Source: an uncultured Candidatus Saccharibacteria bacterium (GTDB taxonomy: Bacteria > Patescibacteriota > Saccharimonadia > Saccharimonadales > UBA10212). Taken from it: a stretch of DNA of 56,856 bases. The translations under genes and the position numbers were made by a program. The stretch covers positions 1 to 56,856 of the forward strand of contig CAZVAN010000002.1 in NCBI GenBank assembly GCA_964625245.1, in the 5' to 3' direction. The notes below the pieces were generated by a model that worked only from the letters and a program-made list of their open reading frames with translations, made no database searches and had not been told where the DNA came from. Below are positions 54,649 to 56,856 of this stretch, in pieces (positions within the stretch are counted from its first letter, which is position 1; each line of letters opens with the position of its first letter).

Positions 54649-55338
54649 ATGTCAGAAAGCCGTTTTTCCGGTAGCTCTCGCTCGCCACTTAGCACTGCTC
54701 AGACGGCGGAGAGTTTAAGGATGCAATTGGCTTTAGAGGAATTTGGGCAGACACTCCCCCGTAACGTTCTGCAGTCTGCACCTCGGACCCCAGAATACAA
54801 ACAAAGAAGTCCTAGAACTTGTTTTTACGCCTCCTTAATAGCGGCACGCCTGTCGCTCGGATCCAGGATGCTGCCGTCTGAGGGACATATCGCCGCACAG
54901 GCCAATCGCGCCGGGCTGCTGGGTGAACATGGTGCCGAAACTTTTTCCGAACACCGCGATGACCAAGCTGCCTTTGTAGACAAGGTATTGGGGCTACAAA
55001 TACGTTTTATAGACCAGAAATATGATGATGAGCGCATAGATGCCCTAACCCGAGGGTTAAGAGATGAGGGCAAACCTGTGCTATTTGGTACTTATCGACA
55101 TTGGGTTGTGTTGGATGGTTTTAAACGTACCCGAAAAGCAGGATGGATAGGAATGAATCCGGCCAGCGGCCGCAGGTTGGAAGATACCGGCGAAGAATTA
55201 TACCCGCCATATATCGCCAGCAGATTGGTTGCGTCTGGTATGCCGCTGGTAGTAATAGAGAATTCTCATGAGCCAGCGGCCCGATTCCGCCCTGCACACC
55301 ACAGCACTGCCCGCTCTATCCCCGCAGTCCAAACCTAA
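54649..55338 (+). CDS. Predicted papain-fold (C39-like) cysteine peptidase
   Basis: Q-x5-C (KQRSPRTCFYASL) and HWVVLDG....WIGMNP match the Gln/Cys/His/Asn(Asp) order of C39-type peptidases. Confidence 0.5.
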   Translation: MSESRFSGSSRSPLSTAQTAESLRMQLALEEFGQTLPRNVLQSAPRTPEYKQRSPRTCFYASLIAARLSLGSRMLPSEGHIAAQANRAGLLGEHGAETFSEHRDDQAAFVDKVLGLQIRFIDQKYDDERIDALTRGLRDEGKPVLFGTYRHWVVLDGFKRTRKAGWIGMNPASGRRLEDTGEELYPPYIASRLVASGMPLVVIENSHEPAARFRPAHHSTARSIPAVQT

Positions 55339-55356
55339 CCATCCGTTTATTTTGAG
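55333..55356 (+). repeat. Array junction repeat J6 (includes the ACC-TAA stop)
   Basis: ACCTAACCATCCGTTTATTTTGAG. Confidence 0.8.
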
Positions 55357-55385
55357 CGTAGCGTAGTATTGTATTTATAGCATAA

Positions 55386-56108
55386 ATGTTGTATGATATG
55401 TCAATGGAATTATCTGGAAGCGAAGGTTTGCCAAATCCAGTTTTTAGTCAATCAATGGCCGAGCGTCTGGACAAAGAGACGTCATTTGAGTCTGTCGGAA
55501 AAAGCCAGCAAGACCGACAGGAAGAAATCAGGCATGCCAGGGAATTTAGACGAAGCTTGATTCAAGACGCGCTGGCTCAAATCGCTGTGCTGAAAGAATG
55601 GCCCGTCGAATACTTAGACTCTGAGAGAGACAAATTTTATACCACGGAACGCCGGCGACAAAATTATGTAGAAAAATACGAGGCAAGGGATCAGTTAGAA
55701 GTCGAAGAACTGCTGTCAGGCCTCGATTTAGATAACACTGAGCACTTTTATCAATTAATGGAGAAGTTGAGGCAGGTCTATACGGATTTAAAGATGCGTC
55801 TGATGATAGTTGAAATGGAAACTAGGCGGTTGGTCTTCAAGCTTTATGGTCAGTCTACCCACACTAAAGAGACACGAGAAGAGCGCATCGTTAGATTGCT
55901 TAACAACGAAGAGGGAGAGGTAGATATAGCCGATGTTGTGCTTGCAGAAATTGATGGAATGCGCGAAGAAGGTAAAGACGAAGTTAGCATTTTTCGTGCC
56001 CTGATGCGCAAGTACCATCCCGATGTATCCGAAATAGAAAAGGCCAAAGAAATAACTCGACTTATAATCTCCCTCTACGACAGTAGGTTAAAACACTTCG
56101 TCATTTAA
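55386..56108 (+). CDS. Coiled-coil protein with a C-terminal J-domain-like segment (HPD motif)
   Basis: IFRALMRKYHPDVSEIEKAKEITRLIISLYD resembles J-domain helices II-III. An alternative start is at 55404. Confidence 0.5.
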   Translation: MLYDMSMELSGSEGLPNPVFSQSMAERLDKETSFESVGKSQQDRQEEIRHAREFRRSLIQDALAQIAVLKEWPVEYLDSERDKFYTTERRRQNYVEKYEARDQLEVEELLSGLDLDNTEHFYQLMEKLRQVYTDLKMRLMIVEMETRRLVFKLYGQSTHTKETREERIVRLLNNEEGEVDIADVVLAEIDGMREEGKDEVSIFRALMRKYHPDVSEIEKAKEITRLIISLYDSRLKHFVI

Positions 56109-56130
56109 ATACTTAACGAGTTAGGTATTC

Positions 56131-56173
56131 CCTGCCCGCTTATTTTGAGCGTGCTTATGCTTGCAATGCAAGC
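56131..56173 (+). repeat. Array junction repeat J7 with palindromic extension
   Basis: cctgcccGCTTATTTTGAGCGTGCTTATGCTTGCAATGCAAGC. The palindrome spans 56159-56173. Confidence 0.85.
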
Positions 56174-56214
56174 TCTTCAGGAGTAGTTTTACTTCTTAGC
56201 AAGAGATTGAAATT

Positions 56215-56808
56215 ATGGACTTTGGTGAAAAAGGTGAACTTATATTTGAAGATGAACTCGAGGCCAGAGTTGCGGTTGAGTTATTGAATGGAGCTGGCCG
56301 GTCCGATTTAGTTGACCATGTGAGACCGCCGCTAAACAATCCAGGTATTGGCTACTTTGAGTTTTCCAGAAGAATGCGAGATCTTAGGCATGGACAAGTC
56401 GAAGAAGGCGTACATAGAGTTGAGGAACCCGACGCATTAATCGAGATAGTTAAGACCCTAGTCAAAACGTCTAATATGCACTACACCTTTAGGACGAATC
56501 GGGCCGGTACCAGACGGGACTTTATGGGTGCCAAACTTCGAGAGCTACATAAAAAAAACGAGGATAGGCAGGCCGAGTCAAAAATAGCATCAACCGATAG
56601 GCGTATGACTAAAGTCGAGTTGGGCGACGCGATGATCCTTGGTTATATGACCGCAGAGGAGGCGGATTCAATCGCTAAAAGAAGAGCCTTTGTCGAACAA
56701 TATTTGGCCGAACGTGGCTGGGATGCCACCAACCTAACAATTGAGCAACTTATCGAAGTAAGGTCGCAGCCAGGCTGGAAGTTATCTGACGAAGCGTCAC
56801 CAAGCTAA
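56215..56808 (+). CDS. Hypothetical protein (197 aa)
   Basis: ORF only. I recognise no family. Confidence 0.5.
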   Translation: MDFGEKGELIFEDELEARVAVELLNGAGRSDLVDHVRPPLNNPGIGYFEFSRRMRDLRHGQVEEGVHRVEEPDALIEIVKTLVKTSNMHYTFRTNRAGTRRDFMGAKLRELHKKNEDRQAESKIASTDRRMTKVELGDAMILGYMTAEEADSIAKRRAFVEQYLAERGWDATNLTIEQLIEVRSQPGWKLSDEASPS

Positions 56809-56835
56809 GAATTTCAGATTGTGCAGAAAGTTAAG

Positions 56836-56850
56836 ACCTAACCGCCCGCC
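56836..56850 (+). repeat. Array junction repeat J8 (5' part only)
   Basis: ACCTAACCGCCCGCc is in frame with the preceding ORF. The sequence then diverges from the TTATTTTGAG half just before the window ends. Confidence 0.5.
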
Positions 56851-56856
56851 CCACAC

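Noticed and set aside
56111-56126. Integron attC-like cores: ACTTAAC (RYYYAAC) and GTTAGGT (GTTRRRY) 2 nt apart, with ACCTAAC at three other junctions
   Set aside because: The pair spans only 16 nt, whereas real attC sites are about 57 nt or longer with L'/L'' arms. The other junctions lack a matching GTTRRRY partner, and no integrase is visible. ACCTAAC is more simply a conserved codon-stop context. I kept it as a caveat rather than a call.
1-56856. Alternative genetic code (UGA recoding, as in some CPR lineages) and CRISPR arrays
   Set aside because: TGA terminates conserved genes at the expected ends (gatA, tktN and the gat-embedded ORF), and conserved proteins are uninterrupted. No regularly spaced repeat-spacer structure is present.

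Overview
The window is 56.9 kb from a compact, gene-dense bacterial genome. About 80% of it is co-directional on the minus strand, and many start and stop codons overlap by 1-4 nt. Gene content suggests a reduced-genome CPR/Patescibacteria organism, possibly Saccharibacteria-like. The supporting genes are split transketolase, gatCAB, type IV pilus parts, class II FBA, PPP enzymes and an orphan receiver domain, with no respiratory complexes apart from one odd redox cluster. This taxonomic call is inference only. The standard genetic code applies, since TGA ends conserved genes.

The housekeeping backbone includes:
- nusA, rnhB, rplS, pilB and dnaE
- galU, gatCAB and uvrB
- a sugar-phosphate operon: gap, rpiB, rpe, tktN, tktC, fba and pfkB
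- ppa, trxB and pheST
- rmuC, a zur-ZIP pair, a DEAD-box helicase, and metK with a SAM-I riboswitch

Five things do not look like ordinary core genome:
1. The right end (52.1 kb to the window edge) is an array of seven unrelated plus-strand ORFs. Each is bounded by a conserved junction repeat of about 25 nt (ACCTAACYGCCCGCTTATTTTGAG) that supplies several of the stop codons. One gene is flanked by perfect 31-nt direct repeats.
2. A three-copy structured repeat family shows compensatory hairpin changes.
3. A stand-alone candidate small RNA lies between a near-consensus promoter and a terminator.
4. A redox cluster combines Ndh2, an RnfD-like/FNR fusion, ApbE, an FMN-binding protein and a di-haem cytochrome b.
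5. Small ORFs are translationally embedded inside the gatCAB and pheST operons.

I saw no rRNA, tRNA, CRISPR array, transposase or recombinase.
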